A stretch of 64,000 nucleotides of DNA, from positions 57,703,908 through 57,767,907 of the forward strand of contig JAUZTB010000127.1 in the NCBI GenBank assembly GCA_034780895.1, read 5' to 3'. The position numbers and the translations under genes were made by a program. Positions 40,053-52,896 of this stretch are shown here, one piece after another. The notes beneath the pieces are model-generated. The model was given only the letters and a program-made list of their open reading frames with translations, did not search any database and had not been told where the DNA came from. Within the stretch, counting starts at the first letter, position 1. Each line of letters starts with the position of its first letter. This DNA is from Rhynchobatus australiae (Eukaryota).

Positions 40053-42000
40053 AAGGTACGGTTACTAAATTTGCTGATGACACAATGATAGGCAGAAAAG
40101 TAAGATGTGAAGATGACATTAGGGGGTTTTAAAGGAGCATAGATACGTTAAGTAATGGGCAAAGATATGGCAAATGTAATATGATATGACAAAATATGAA
40201 ACTAACCACTTTGACAGGAAAAACAGATAATCAAATTATCTTGAGTGATCTGGGTGTCCCAGTGTACAAGTGGTAAAAATCTAGAATGCAAGTACAGCAG
40301 GTATTTAGATAACATAACAAAATGTTGTTTAGTACTACAGAAACCGAATATCAAAGTCAGAAATACTGCTTCTGTTTGATAAAGCATTAGTGATACCACA
40401 TTTGGAGCACCATGTGCAATATTGGTCTTATTTACGGAAGGATTACCGCGGGTCACAAGCAATTCAAAGTTTATTGGCCTCGTCTTGGAAATTAGCGGTA
40501 AAAGGGGACTTAATGGAAACAAAAAAAAAATTCTAAGAGGTCTTGATGGTACAGATATGAAGATGATGTTTCCTTTTGTAGGAGAATCCAGAACTGGGGT
40601 CACTTAAAATAAGTGGTCACCCATTTAAAACAGAGATCAGGCAATAATGTTCCTGTGGAGGATTGAGAATCTTTGAAACTCACTTCAACAAGGAATGGTA
40701 GGGCCAGTGTCTTTAAGTATTTTAACAAAGATAGATAGATAAAGCAAGGTGTAAAAAGGTTAGAGGGGATGGGCAGAGGTGCAGAGTTAAAGCTACAATC
40801 AGATGAGCAACAATCTTATCGAATGATGGAAACCGCTTGAGGGGCCGAGTGGGCAACTCCTGTTTCTACTTTGTTTGATTAAGGTACTTCACTAAATTGG
40901 TCTGATGAATAATAAAAAGGAGACTTCATTTTACAGATTCCAAATGGTGGGGTGCTAGTAGGATCAACGTTTAGGCTTCAAGTATTTACAACCNNNNNNN
41001 NNNNNNNNNNNNNNNNNNNNNNNNNNNNNNNNNNNNNNNNNNNNNNNNNNNNNNNNNNNNNNNNNNNNNNNNNNNNNNNNNNNNNNNNNNNNNNNNNNNN
41101 NNNNNNNNNNNNNNNNNNNNNNNNNNNNNNNNNNNNNNNNNNNNNNNNNNNNNNNNNNNNNNNNNNNNNNNNNNNNNNNNNNNNNNNNNNNNNNNNNNNN
41201 NNNNNNNNNNNNNNNNNNNNNNNNNNNNNNNNNNNNNNNNNNNNNNNNNNNNNNNNNNNNNNNNNNNNNATTTCANNNNNNNNNNNNNNNNNNNNNNNNN
41301 NNNNNNNNNNNNNNNNNNNNNNNNNNNNNNNNNNNNNNNNNNNNNNNNNNNNNNNNNNNNNNNNNNNNNNNNNNNTTCAGTATGAAAAATAGAAAAGAAA
41401 GGTACTTTTAAAATGAGCCTGGTAAAAGTTGATTTGTAGAAGGTTTTGAGATCCCTGTAAATGAATTGCTGAAGTTAATAGGGGTGCAATTAATTAGAAA
41501 AGTAAATTATATGCAAATCTTTATTGCATGAATTTGGGAACACAAGCGAAGTCTCAGGGAATTTGTGAGAGCACACCTGGAGCAACTGCACAAAGTTTTG
41601 ATTTCCGTACTTGCTTTAGAATGATGAAATAAAGGTTTGCTACATTTGATTTCAGGGATAAAGACTATTGATTTACAAGGAGAGGTAGATTAGAATAGGA
41701 CAATGTTCTCTTAAATTTAAAAGAATCAGAGGATTTCACTGAAACCTTTAAAATAGTTTGGATTGCTCATGCTTGGGATAAGCTATTTAATACAGAGACA
41801 GAGAAAATTTTCCACTCAGATGGTTCCAAATTTTTCAAGTTATCTAACCCAGAAGGCTGTGAATAGTCTGTCTCTGAATATGTTCAATGTTGAGATGAAC
41901 CGATTGTTAGACCCCAACAGAAACAAGGGATTTGAAGAACAAATTTTGCAAGCAAAAAAGTTTTGTCACAGAAATAGATTGATTTGTAAATGTGAAACAG
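40053..42000 (+). mobile_element. Two successive degraded CR1 fragments, with gaps
   Basis: TKFADDTMIGRKV at about 40065, with CR1 tails near 40860 and about 42000. Confidence 0.7.
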
Positions 42001-44044
42001 GTTCATGAATACAACAAATCTAACCCAGACACCCAAAGGTATTAGAAACTACCTTCACTATTAAACAGTGCACAGCTTTCCTTTCGTTGGTATTTGTGCT
42101 GCTGCCAAGTCAGTTCGACAGTTAATAAATATCTGACAGCCAAAAATTAAAAGCTTACAAGTCTTCAAAATATAAACGTATAACTTGACATAATTTTAAA
42201 CGAAATATCTTTTTGAAATCCATTTCCTCAAATACAGTTTCAAATGTTTCATGCACTTCCACATCTCAAAATCTGGCAATTCTCTATCCTTGATTGTATC
42301 TATAAAGGCAGGGTGATATGTAGCCCACATAAGTGGATGGACATTTGGTTGGACTTGGAAGAAAATTCAGCTATCACAAATGTAATAAGGGTTAAAAGCA
42401 CATCTTTTTACTCAAAACAGTGTTGTCAGCCCAGTCTCCAAAATGAGCAGGTATGTTAATCAGCAAGAAGTGTAAAACAAATGGTCTTGAGTCATAGGGT
42501 TCTTGAGGCCTTGAAAAAATAACAAGAGAAATTTGTTTTTTCTTGGAAATGAGCAAGACTGGTTCAGTTGACAATGTAAAATTCATTAAGAAATAATTAG
42601 TTTTAGAATTGTAGCTGACTGAAATGCACAGATGAGAAAAGCAGCATGGGCTTTCTTGATCACACAAATGTCGGTGGTGAACAAGCTCATCGGACTTCTT
42701 GGACCAGAATCTCAATTGATGCCAAGGACCTCAGATTCTCCAGACCAGTAGCTGTAAATCAGAGTCCTTGACAAGCAGAAAGGCATGAGACTTGTTCTTT
42801 CATCAATCATTTTACACTGTTTTAGACTTACTGTTTTGTAGATCTTATATATATCATCTTATCTCATTATACTTTAAATAAATACCCTATAGCAACCTTG
42901 AAGTGTTCTTTCTCCCTCATTGATCCAAATCCTCGAAACCTGCTTATTTCCCGTTACAACAAAACCTTAACACAAAAATAGAAATACAACCGTAGGCTTG
43001 GCTAACACTCTCAACGTCACCTCAGATGTTGCAGCTTCAAACCCCATTCTGGGAAATCTACTATACAAGGAAGAGATTAGCCTAATGTTTGTAGTTACTG
43101 AAATTCTCAGAACTCTCCATAAACAAGTTGCTTTGCCTTCTGCTAAAGGTGAAGCTTCATCTGTAAGAGGTATTGTCTACTTATCCAGAATGCTCCTTTC
43201 ATGGATAAACTCACAATTTGTACTGTTGGCAATACCTGAACAAGCTGGCTCAAATTTCACCCCTCGATTTTAAAACTAAACAGTTTTACCTGGTTGGCAC
43301 CTTTCCTCAATTAACTGAACACCATACTTATGTCCAAAATTCATAATTTCTAAAGAAACATCGGATTTTGTACTGACTAATCTGAGTGATACATACTGAA
43401 AAGGTTCACTCTTTCTGGTGCAATCCTAAGATGCTACCCTGTTAGTACCCTTGATGAACTCCACAATCAAAGAAGCAACAGCACCAAAATGTGTCAGGGC
43501 ACTCCTTTACTCTAACTGGATTCACGTTATGAAGAACTTCTCACAAATTCAGACAAAGCAAACCATGTCTCCCTTAACCAGCTATCACACAACCTGCCCC
43601 CGTCCTCTGTGCCTGGTAACATTTGCTTTGTGTGTTTATATCAAGGCCAGCAGGATGCTCTTGAAATCATACCCAGGGCTAATGTTATTCTCTCAAAACC
43701 AGATAGAAAGGATTGCATAGAAATGAGGAAACACCAATTAATAAAAACAACTGAAATTTCAGCCAGAGTACAGTGGATAGCAACCTGGAGCATTTTATTC
43801 TTCACAGCATCTGCACCTGCCAGAAAGTGCACTATGGATCAGCAAGGAGTTTGTTTTAAGGATGTGTTTTTCAGAAATGCCAACTGCTCAGACAGCGAGT
43901 ACAACTTTCTAGATCAGAAAGTATGAAAATATTGCAAAACCCATCTCACCCCTTTCCCTTTGTAAATATTCTTATTTTGAAAAAGTACCCCCTCCTTTGA
44001 GATTAATTGGTAGAAAAACAATTTGGTACTGGGAGTGAATATAC

Positions 44045-44380
44045 TTATAGAACACAGAACAGTATAGCACAGTACAGGCCCTTCAGCCCACGATGTTATG
44101 CTGATATCGATAAACAACTAATCCCTGATCAATCTAACCATTCCTTCCAACAGAGCCCATAACCATCCATTTTACCTACTTCCATGTGCCTATCCAAAAG
44201 ACTTTCAAAATGTCCCTATTATATCAGCCTCTACCGCCAACCCCAGCAGTGCATTCCAGGCACCCACCACTCTGTGTACAAAAAAAACTCTCTCTGACAT
44301 CTCCACAAAACTTTCCTCCTCTGAACTTAAACTGATGTGGCCATTGCTGCCCTGGGGAAAAGGTGCTGGCTGTCCATTCT
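44045..44380 (-). mobile_element. CR1 (HER1-like) 3' end
   Basis: atagaacacagaacagtatagcacagtacaggcccttcagccc...gcattccaggcacccaccactctg is antisense to 22400-22660. Confidence 0.8.
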
Positions 44381-46899
44381 ACTTGAATTATTATTGACCA
44401 TAAAAATATAACAGTAAGATTTCTTCTTTCAGATGAATCTATTTTTAATGTGACAAAAAAAAACAAAAAATGCAAATGCAATGTCCCTGTGTACAAGAAT
44501 GGATTTCATTCTTGTTTTTTCATGAACCTGATCCAAGTTTGAATGTGACATTCAGCTCGATAGTTATCACTGATCAATCTCCACAATAGTCACAGTTAAA
44601 TCATTGATTTTAAAAGTCAGTGGTTAAAGCTCCAAGAGAGAAACCACCATTTGGGCATAGTAGCCAGCAGTGATTCAACAAGATTCTACTATGCCTCATC
44701 TATAATGTTAATAAAATAGTAGCAGAAGAGTAAAGCGAAATAGAATCACAAAGTTGAAAAAAGCAGGATGAAGTAGGCAAGAAAATACATTGAGATCAAA
44801 GTCAACTGGTTGTTTCAACTACATTATGCATTTTGGCATTAAATTTCAAATCTAGATCATATTGGCTGGATGAAAGAACCTCTATCTGAAGTATGACAAA
44901 GTTTCACAAAGGAAGATTGAGCTGTTTCAACCCAGTGCACAGAGAGCCTAACCTTACGAGAAGATGTGCTTAATTTGGCACTACAGCAGTATTCCAATAC
45001 AGAAAAGCTTCAAGATAGCTGGCTCAAAAACAAAAATGTTGTACTATTGCAGTACAAGGTGCCCTTCTCAGATTGATTACTCTGATGCACCATGTGCATC
45101 ACAGTGGAGAGATATTTGCTCTGCATCAGTTTTTCTACACGTCGTGGAAATGCCTGATACTGCCTTAGGTAATCTTAAATTCACAAGGAAGTGGTATTAA
45201 AAAAGAGGGAAGATCAAAAACATTAGGTCACAACTGGAGAAAGAATTTAAAACAAGATATTCTGATTTCATTAAATAGCTGACATAGCAGAATTGTACAT
45301 ACCCTGATTGAAGAAAACCTTAAAAATAACAAAGGCAAAATTTAAAAAGGCAACTTCACAAGTGCAGTCAAAAAATCCAAAATCTAGCAAGCAACGTACA
45401 TCTTATGTACAGATTTTTAACTACTGTCAGTTCTCACTTAAATGATAATGCATCGTACTGCAAAATAACAATTCTTGAAATTTAGGTGCTATGGTATAAA
45501 CTTCGAATTTTGAAGAGATTCAGCTTTAAGCTATTCAAATTCTATTCCACCATTTTTTCTGAACCTTGACATTGTTTAAAGAAACAAATCAATGCAGTCA
45601 AATAAAGCAATTACTACATATTGCAGGAACCCAAACCTTAGACAAGCCTTTCAAAATTGCAGTGACAAAGAAGATTGGAGATGACATTGTTTTTTTTTAA
45701 TTATACTTTTAAACCAAATATCCTTGTCCAATTTATTTACTAAGGAACTAATGTGCCTAGCACATTATAGCCATTTTGTATTTAAAAAATTAAAATAGAA
45801 TTCTGAAAACAAAATCAGTGTCTAAGATATCATTGATGAACTCATTGTTGACCTCCAGACAAATGAGTAAGTACTTGTGAGATTTTGCATCATCTATGCA
45901 CAACAATCTGCAAAACATTAAATGTCTGCTTCATATTCAAGAAATGCACTTCCTCAGTCCTATGTAGCCATTTGCATCATTAAAAACTCCAAATAAATGC
46001 TTAATGATTGGGATGGCTGAAATTCAAGTTAATTTTAAATTCATCACTTTTTTCTTTCCTACCCTGGACAATAGCATCAGGTTTGTTCAGAGCATATCAA
46101 GTACACTGACCCGATTAAGATGTAGCAACAATTCTGCCAATCATTGTAGGCAAACCAATCAATTTCTAATTTANNNNNNNNNNNNNNNNNNNNNNNNNNN
46201 NNNNNNNNNNNNNNNNNNNNNNNNNNNNNNNNNNNCATTGTAATTAGTTTACCTTGCAAGTTAATTTACTTTTAACAAGTGAAACAGAATTGCATAGAAA
46301 CTGTGGGAAACAAAGAAATGAGTCCAGTGAGTCTTTGTTGGTGCTCATCCTTCACATCTACAATAATACTAATTCCCAAGAACCATTATTCCTGCATCCC
46401 TTGGATCCTTTACTTCAAATTACCTACTTTATTTTTGCAGATAACATAATCTCTACTTCAACTCTGGTACACTACACAGCCGCGAGTCAGCATTTGAAAG
46501 CATTTTTCCCTGCCGCAAATCACTAGGCTGGCATCCCCATTTTCTCACCCTTGAACCTCACACACTGTACACTAGCACTCCTTACTATTACAAGTATCTC
46601 CATCAAATTATCCATTACTTTCCTCATGAAAATCACATCATCTTCAAGTATTTCATTGAATTGGTGCTCCCTCACACCTGGTGATGTAACGGCGAATCTG
46701 GACTACCATTTTGTTGCCTTTAGAGACCTTGAAAAATTGTTTCTGCGACAGCAATTCTTCACTTAACAATAATCCAGTCATGGTACTTTTGTTTTAGTGT
46801 CATTGACACCATGGGGAGTAAGTATCCTTTCAATGTCACAACATTCGCTATTACACAGTTTGCAGGGGACGAGGTAGTTTGAGCCAGATAAATGTAGAT

Positions 46900-48720
46900 G
46901 CATGTACAGATACTGTATCACATACCCCTCGAACTTAATTTTGCTACATCATGTTGTAGTGAACAGGGTGAGTGAAACATGTGATCAACTGCTTTTTGAT
47001 CACAATTTTGTGATTAAATCTGGGATAAACTGGAGATAGAAATGCTTAATATGCCATGGCAACAAGTCTTGGAAGAAAATAAAGAAACATATCACTTCAG
47101 AAACTAAATTATTAATGTGCTTGATGCTGGAGAATGAATGTTTGATATTGGGAGAATAATTCATGGTAATTCTGACAACATCAAAGAGCACTCGCTATGA
47201 CACCTGAGGGGCTATCACAATGCATCATCCTGGAAAATACGGAAAGGCTCTGACCCATAAGGATTATTGACCAACATCAATGCAATGTGCCTCTTAGAAT
47301 GATTGCCCTTCAAGTAATAGCTTGTATGATGACTTAATACAAGGTGAAAATTCATAGCCCATCGGTTTTAATACCAGTTGTGGCTGGTTCCAACATTTCA
47401 GGATGCTTTACAATTTGCATAACATCGAAGTCACGGATGAAGTGGCTTGGATTGATAGTGAAGCACCCAAAAAAAATCCATGTTGATTTGAAAAGTTACC
47501 AAGGTCACTACAAACAGAGGCGAGCCTTTAACAATGAGACAGTTTTAATGGAAATCATCGGGGACATGTTTTCAAAGAGGAAAAGACTGAGCCAGGATTT
47601 AGACCTGCCAATGATCCCTTAACTCTTCTGCTTGTTGGGAATGCTGCAGAAGATTTCAGGTTTAAGGTCCAAGTGACATACCACTCACAGACATGATGGG
47701 CTTTGAAAGGTTGTTCCAAAAATATTTACATGTTATTTGCCAATCAAGAAAGAAAGCCCATACAACAGGAAAAACTTTTCAAATTGTTTTTCTCTAGAAT
47801 GCTGTCACTGCTTGGGAGGAATAATGTGCCAAGATAAATCTTGAGTTTCTGTATTGCATAATTTAGGTAGCGCTGCAGTTAACCTTGACGACTTATCAAT
47901 AAGTATTAAGGTTGCTTCCCTGCCACCCAATACAACTTCAGTGCCCCTCAGCCCACAGATGAAGGTGCAATAGCAATATTTAAGAGTCATTACTTACCTC
48001 ATATCTGCTCCCAAATCATTAAGAGAGCTGAAGGTAAGCCAACAGTCAGGGAATTTTGGCATAACTATGTCTTCAAGGATGAGGTAAATATTGCTTATTT
48101 TTGGGATGAACTTGCATCAGAATGCACAAATTGTTTGTAGCTCAAAGTGCAGCCTGATTCCGCAAATGACTTCAAAGGGCCTGACAACATTGTTCCCAAA
48201 ATGACAGAAAGTCTTCAACTTTAAAGATGTGGAGAAGGCTGCCGTAGCAGAATTTATATTAAAAAATGGTAGAATTGCTCAAATCCTATCAAGAAAAATT
48301 GTGGAACAGGGATTTAATACGATTAGAAATATGACAAACTGAAGAAAAGCAAATGGTTGAAATACACCCCCTCAAGTGTTAACAACAAAATGATTGCCAA
48401 AAGCTTTTCAACTTATTCATGCAGCAATGGAAGTCTTCACCAAGGACAATCCAAAAAGAGAATACAGTTTCAAAGAGAAGAGTGCAACCAATGATGACAT
48501 TAACTACTATGAAGGTGCTTTACCAAAGAAAAAAAAGCAATATGAATTTTTTTCCAGGCTGTTGAGTAAGAGGCAGAATAAAAGGCTGCAGCTGCATCAA
48601 CTCAAACACTCACCCCTCAATCCCATCCTAACCCAATAAATCACCTTCTAAACCATCATGTTGGAATTGCCCTATTAAAATTTATCTTTTTTTTTACGTT
48701 TTGAAATTTTTTATGTTACT
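46900..48720 (+). mobile_element. Tigger/pogo (Tc1-mariner superfamily) DNA transposon remnant
   Basis: Eroded transposase motifs AFNNETV (FNxDETG), PGFRPANDPLTLLLVGNAAEDFRFK, and VASLPPNTTS...QPTDEGAIAIFKSHY. Terminal inverted repeats were not identified. Confidence 0.8.
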
Positions 48721-48894
48721 TAGGAATGTGCACTATCTGTTCAGTATTTAAACTGATGTTTATTTCTAACAAAAAATGTCAAAAAGAACACTGCTCCAGT
48801 TTATATTATTAAAGAATATTAAATTAATTTGCACCACAGCTTTAACTACGTCACAAAGCTGAGCCCTCTGTTTTTTCACAGCTTCCAGTTTCTC

Positions 48895-49010
48895 AGAATC
48901 AAAATTACAATCACCAACGTACGTGATGTGAAACTTGTTTTGCGGCAGCAATATATTGCAGACATAAAATTACTATACATTAAAGAAATAAATTGTGTAA
49001 TTATGATAGC
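48895..49010 (-). mobile_element. Rex1-type LINE 3' tail
   Basis: Antisense to 4780-4865. Confidence 0.55.
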
Positions 49011-50029
49011 TATTCCAAATGACACTGAATTCCACCTGCCACTTTCTTGCCTTGCTGCTGTTTTATCATATCCCTCAGGATTACTTACAATGCTTCCCTA
49101 ATTCAGGAATGTCAGCAAGTCTGGACACCACATTTTGCAGCTCTTTAACCAAACAATTGATATACACAGTGAACAGACACTGTGCCAGAATATAATTTAA
49201 AATTCAGAGGCTTTCAAACATTCTTACTGCCAGATGACAGAAGTGAAACACTGCATTAATTATTAATAATGCTAGATGTTTTTTTTTTCTTGATTGGTTG
49301 CATATTTCAACAAGGAGAGAATTGATACATCCTTCCTCTCACGACAGATGCTGTGTGGACTTATGGTACAGCTTCACCATAGCTGAATGTTAGATTATAG
49401 ATTAGTGTGAGTTTAGTTACTCAAGTTGAAGTATTCATTGCACAAAATTATTAACTACATAATGTAACAATAGTGTCAAGATCACATAATCAAAGAGAAA
49501 AAATATAAAGGAAAGGAAGTTACTGAGACCGTTTTCTTTAACTTAAAAGCTTTCACAAATGTTTTAAACCGAGCTAAAAAAGTGTGGCCATGGTACAAGG
49601 ACAGGTCATATTTCATCAGGGGAAACAAGATTTTATTCCCATTTTCTTATGACATAGGAAGCCACTTGGCCCATCACGATAAACCAGCTCTTAGAGCATT
49701 CCTATCAATTTAATTCCCTCCATTTGTTATCTCCTGCCTACTACCCTAATACGTAGAAAGATAANNNNNNNNNNNNNNNNNNNNNNNNNNNNNNNNNNNN
49801 NNNNNNNNNNNNNNNNNNNNNNNNNNNNNNNNNNNNNNNNNNNNNNNNNNNNNNNNNNNNNNNNCCTAATACGTAGAAAGATAAATTTTAATAGGGCAAT
49901 TCCAACCTGATGGTTTAGGAGTTTATTTGTAGAGTTAGGGTGGGATTGAGGAATAAGTGTTTGAGTTGATGCAGCTGTAGCCTTTTATCCTGCCTCTTAC
50001 TACCCTGATACCTCCTACTACCAGGGACC

Positions 50030-50228
50030 TATGCCGGGTTAATTGACAATTGCCAATTTACCTACCAACTGGCACGGTTTTGGGATGTGGGAGGAAGCTG
50101 AAACGCCTGGGAAAATTCATGTAGTCACAGGGAAAATATTCAAACTCAATAATGGCAACATCCAAGTCATGATCTAATCCAGGATGCTGGAGCTGTGATG
50201 TAGCAGCACAATCTACTGCATAACCGCA
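50030..50228 (-). mobile_element. tRNA-derived V-SINE/HE1-like SINE
   Basis: ttttgggatgtgggaggaagctg...gtcacagggaaaatattcaaactc...gctggagctgtgatgtagcagc, the antisense head and V-domain. Confidence 0.65.
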
Positions 50229-50234
50229 CCTCCA

Positions 50235-50645
50235 GAAGGGGAGATCAGATAGACTGGGCTTGCTTTCCCTGAAGCAAAGGAAGCTGAATGATACCCAACA
50301 GAAGCATACAAAAATTACAAGGCATAGATAGAGTAGATAGTCAAAATCTTTTTTCCATGGTCGGTGTCAAAAACAAGAGGGCCCAGGTTTAAGGTGAGAG
50401 GAAGGAGTCTGAAAGGTCAGTTCCTTATGCAGAGAGTGGATGATATCTGAAATTCACTATCAGAGGTGGTGGTGGAATCTAATACTATTACTACATTTAA
50501 AAGCCATTTAAGACAGGCATATAAATAGGCAAGGCATAGAAGGATATGGTCCTAATGGCAGCAAATGGGATTAGTGCAGATGTACAAAAAGGTCATATGA
50601 ATCTGATGGGCCAAAGGGCCCATTTCTTGGATGTGCAACTCTGAC
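50235..50645 (+). mobile_element. CR1 3' fragment
   Basis: DRLGLLSLKQRKL...KTRGPRFKVR followed by a CR1 tail. Confidence 0.75.
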
Positions 50646-50919
50646 TCGATGTGAACACAGCATCCTAGGGAATACCCTGATACCAGTACCTTTTGGCAGA
50701 TAAGACAATGAAGTCAATTAAGCTGCTGCAGAGTGGGTTTATTAGAAATAGTTGTCGAAAGATACTGTCTGATTACATTTAGTAATCAGCAGTGAGGGTG
50801 TGTCATAATCACTTCACCTAAGGAAGGAGGAACTGCTTGTTGCACCCATGAGCTTCTGATTGATTCATTAGTAGGCTGAGATAATGAGAATAATGCTGGT
50901 CAAGGAATATTTGCCTCCG

Positions 50920-51440
50920 CCCTCATGACTTGCCTATCTGTTCCCCACCTCCTTCCCTTTAATTCCATGGTCCACTGCCCTCTCCTATCAGATTCCTCCT
51001 CCTTCAGCCCTTTGCCTCTTCTACCTATCACCTCTCAGNNNNNNNNNNNNNNNNNNNNNNNNNNNNNNNNNNNNNNNNNNNNNNNNNNNNNNNNNNNNNN
51101 NNNNNNNNNNNNNNNNNNNNNNNNNNNNNNNNNNNNNNCCACTGCCCTCTCCTATCAGATTCCTCCTCCTTCAGCCCTTTGCCTCTTCTACCTCTCACCT
51201 CTCAGCTTCCTACTTCTTCCCCCCCACCCTCCTACCTTCCCCCTGGACTCAGCCATCAACTGCCTGCATGTCTCCTCCCCCAACTTTATTATTCCAGCTT
51301 CTGCCCTCTTCCTTTCCAGTCTCGACCTGAAACATCGACTGTTTATTTTCCTCCATCGATGCTGCCAGACCTGTCGGACTTCCTCCAGCATTTGCTGTGT
51401 GTTGCTCCAGATTCCAGCATCTGCAGAATCTCTTGTGGCT
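50920..51440 (+). mobile_element. Penelope-like terminal repeat with internally deleted hammerhead
   Basis: Closely similar to 32420-32780; reads cagtc-tcgacctGAAACatcgactg with CTGATGA missing. Confidence 0.8.
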
Positions 51441-52327
51441 CCATATTTGCCAACTCCCTAACATAGGGTTTTAGGCTTACAAAGAGAACAACTGTAACCA
51501 AGATTTCTTTGAAGTTTTACTGATGCTATCCTCAACACCTTGGTTAGCATAAAAAGACTAAGAAGAAGGCAACCTTTGCTGCACGGTGCCCAATGTAGAG
51601 ATACCTTGGCATTTACTTTTGACTGAGCAATCCATCATGAGGGAATCATCACATCTGTCGGAAGTTATTTTTTTATTTTACATTATTATACAGTGATAAT
51701 CAGATAACATTTCTTCACAAACCACTGAATTACTCTTTTTTTGACCCTTTGACCTCTGAATTAAATTAAAAATTTACAACAATAACAGATCTGAAAGTGA
51801 GGCAAACCATTGATGGCCACTTATTTTTTTTAAATGTCTTGAAAGTTTTCTCATTGGTTGATCATGAAAGCTAGTCACCATCAGTTCTGGTCAAATTAGA
51901 GTAACAGCAATAACCTATAACAGGACTTATAGAAAAATAACCTGCACAGAAATAAATTTCTTTTAACAGAAAAAGATCATCAACATATTGGTGCAGTCTT
52001 GTATGTTATTCCAGTGCTTGCAAAGTCAACATATTTGGTTCTGTCAAGCATCAGATTTTTTCTAGTGCCCCTGTACACAGATGTCACAGCACTCACTTTC
52101 ATGTTTATTAACAAGAAAACCTTGCAACCGTGTTAAGTATTACACCTGTCCTTACACCTCCTCTCTCATCACGATTCAGGGCCCTAAACAGTCCTTCCAG
52201 GCAAGGCAGCACTTCACATGTGAATCAATCAGTGTCATTTATTGCATCCTATGCTTCCCGTCTCCGCAACGTTGGTAAGACTAGATGCAGACTGGCATTC
52301 ACTCCGTCGAGCACCTTCACTCTGTTT

Positions 52328-52558
52328 TGTTATTGGTATTGGTTTATTATAGTCACTTGTACCGAGGTACAGTGAAAAGCTCATCTTACAAACCGATCGT
52401 ACGGGTCAATTCATTATACGGTGCAGTTACATTGAGTTAGTACAGAGTGTATTGATGTAGTACAGGTCAAAAAAAACAATAACATTATGGAGTAAAGTGT
52501 GCCAGCTACAGAGAAAGTGCAGTGCAATAAGGTGCAAGGTCACAACAAGGTATATCGT
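52328..52558 (-). mobile_element. Young Rex1-type LINE 3' tail inserted in the Penelope copy
   Basis: tattggtattggtttattatagtcacttgtaccgaggtacagtg... is antisense-similar to 37060-37225. Confidence 0.65.
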
Positions 52559-52858
52559 NNNNNNNNNNNNNNNNNNNNNNNNNNNNNNNNNNNNNNNNNN
52601 NNNNNNNNNNNNNNNNNNNNNNNNNNNNNNNNNNNNNNNNNNNNNNNNNNNNNNNNNNNNNNNNNNNNNNNNNNNNNNNTCCACCTTCTTCGGCCCTTTG
52701 TCACTTCCACCAATCACCTCCCAGCTTCTTACATCATTCCCACTCTCCCTTTCCCCCACCTAGCCATCTTCCCCCCTCACTGGATTCACCAATCACCCAC
52801 CAACTCTTGCTCAACCCCCTCCCCCCACCTTTTGGAACTGGCTATCTCCCTTTCTTTC

Positions 52859-52896
52859 CAGTCCTGATGAAGGGCCTCGACCCAAAATGTCAACTG
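52859..52896 (+). ncRNA. Minimal type I hammerhead ribozyme motif (degenerate)
   Basis: cagtc-CTGATGA-agggcctcgaccc-AAAAT-GTC-aactg. Confidence 0.6.

Noticed and set aside
45295-45350. Possible 16-nt minus-strand exon (tttttaag|GTTTTCTTCAATCAGG|gtatgt)
   Set aside because: AAG acceptor, length not divisible by 3 and no supporting homology.
49745-49884. cctaatacgtagaaagataa repeated, resembling a TSD
   Set aside because: It flanks a 100-N gap; assembly overlap artefact.
50972-51210. Near-identical direct repeat of about 65 bp on both sides of a gap
   Set aside because: It flanks an exactly 100-N placeholder gap, so it is most likely overlapping contig ends.
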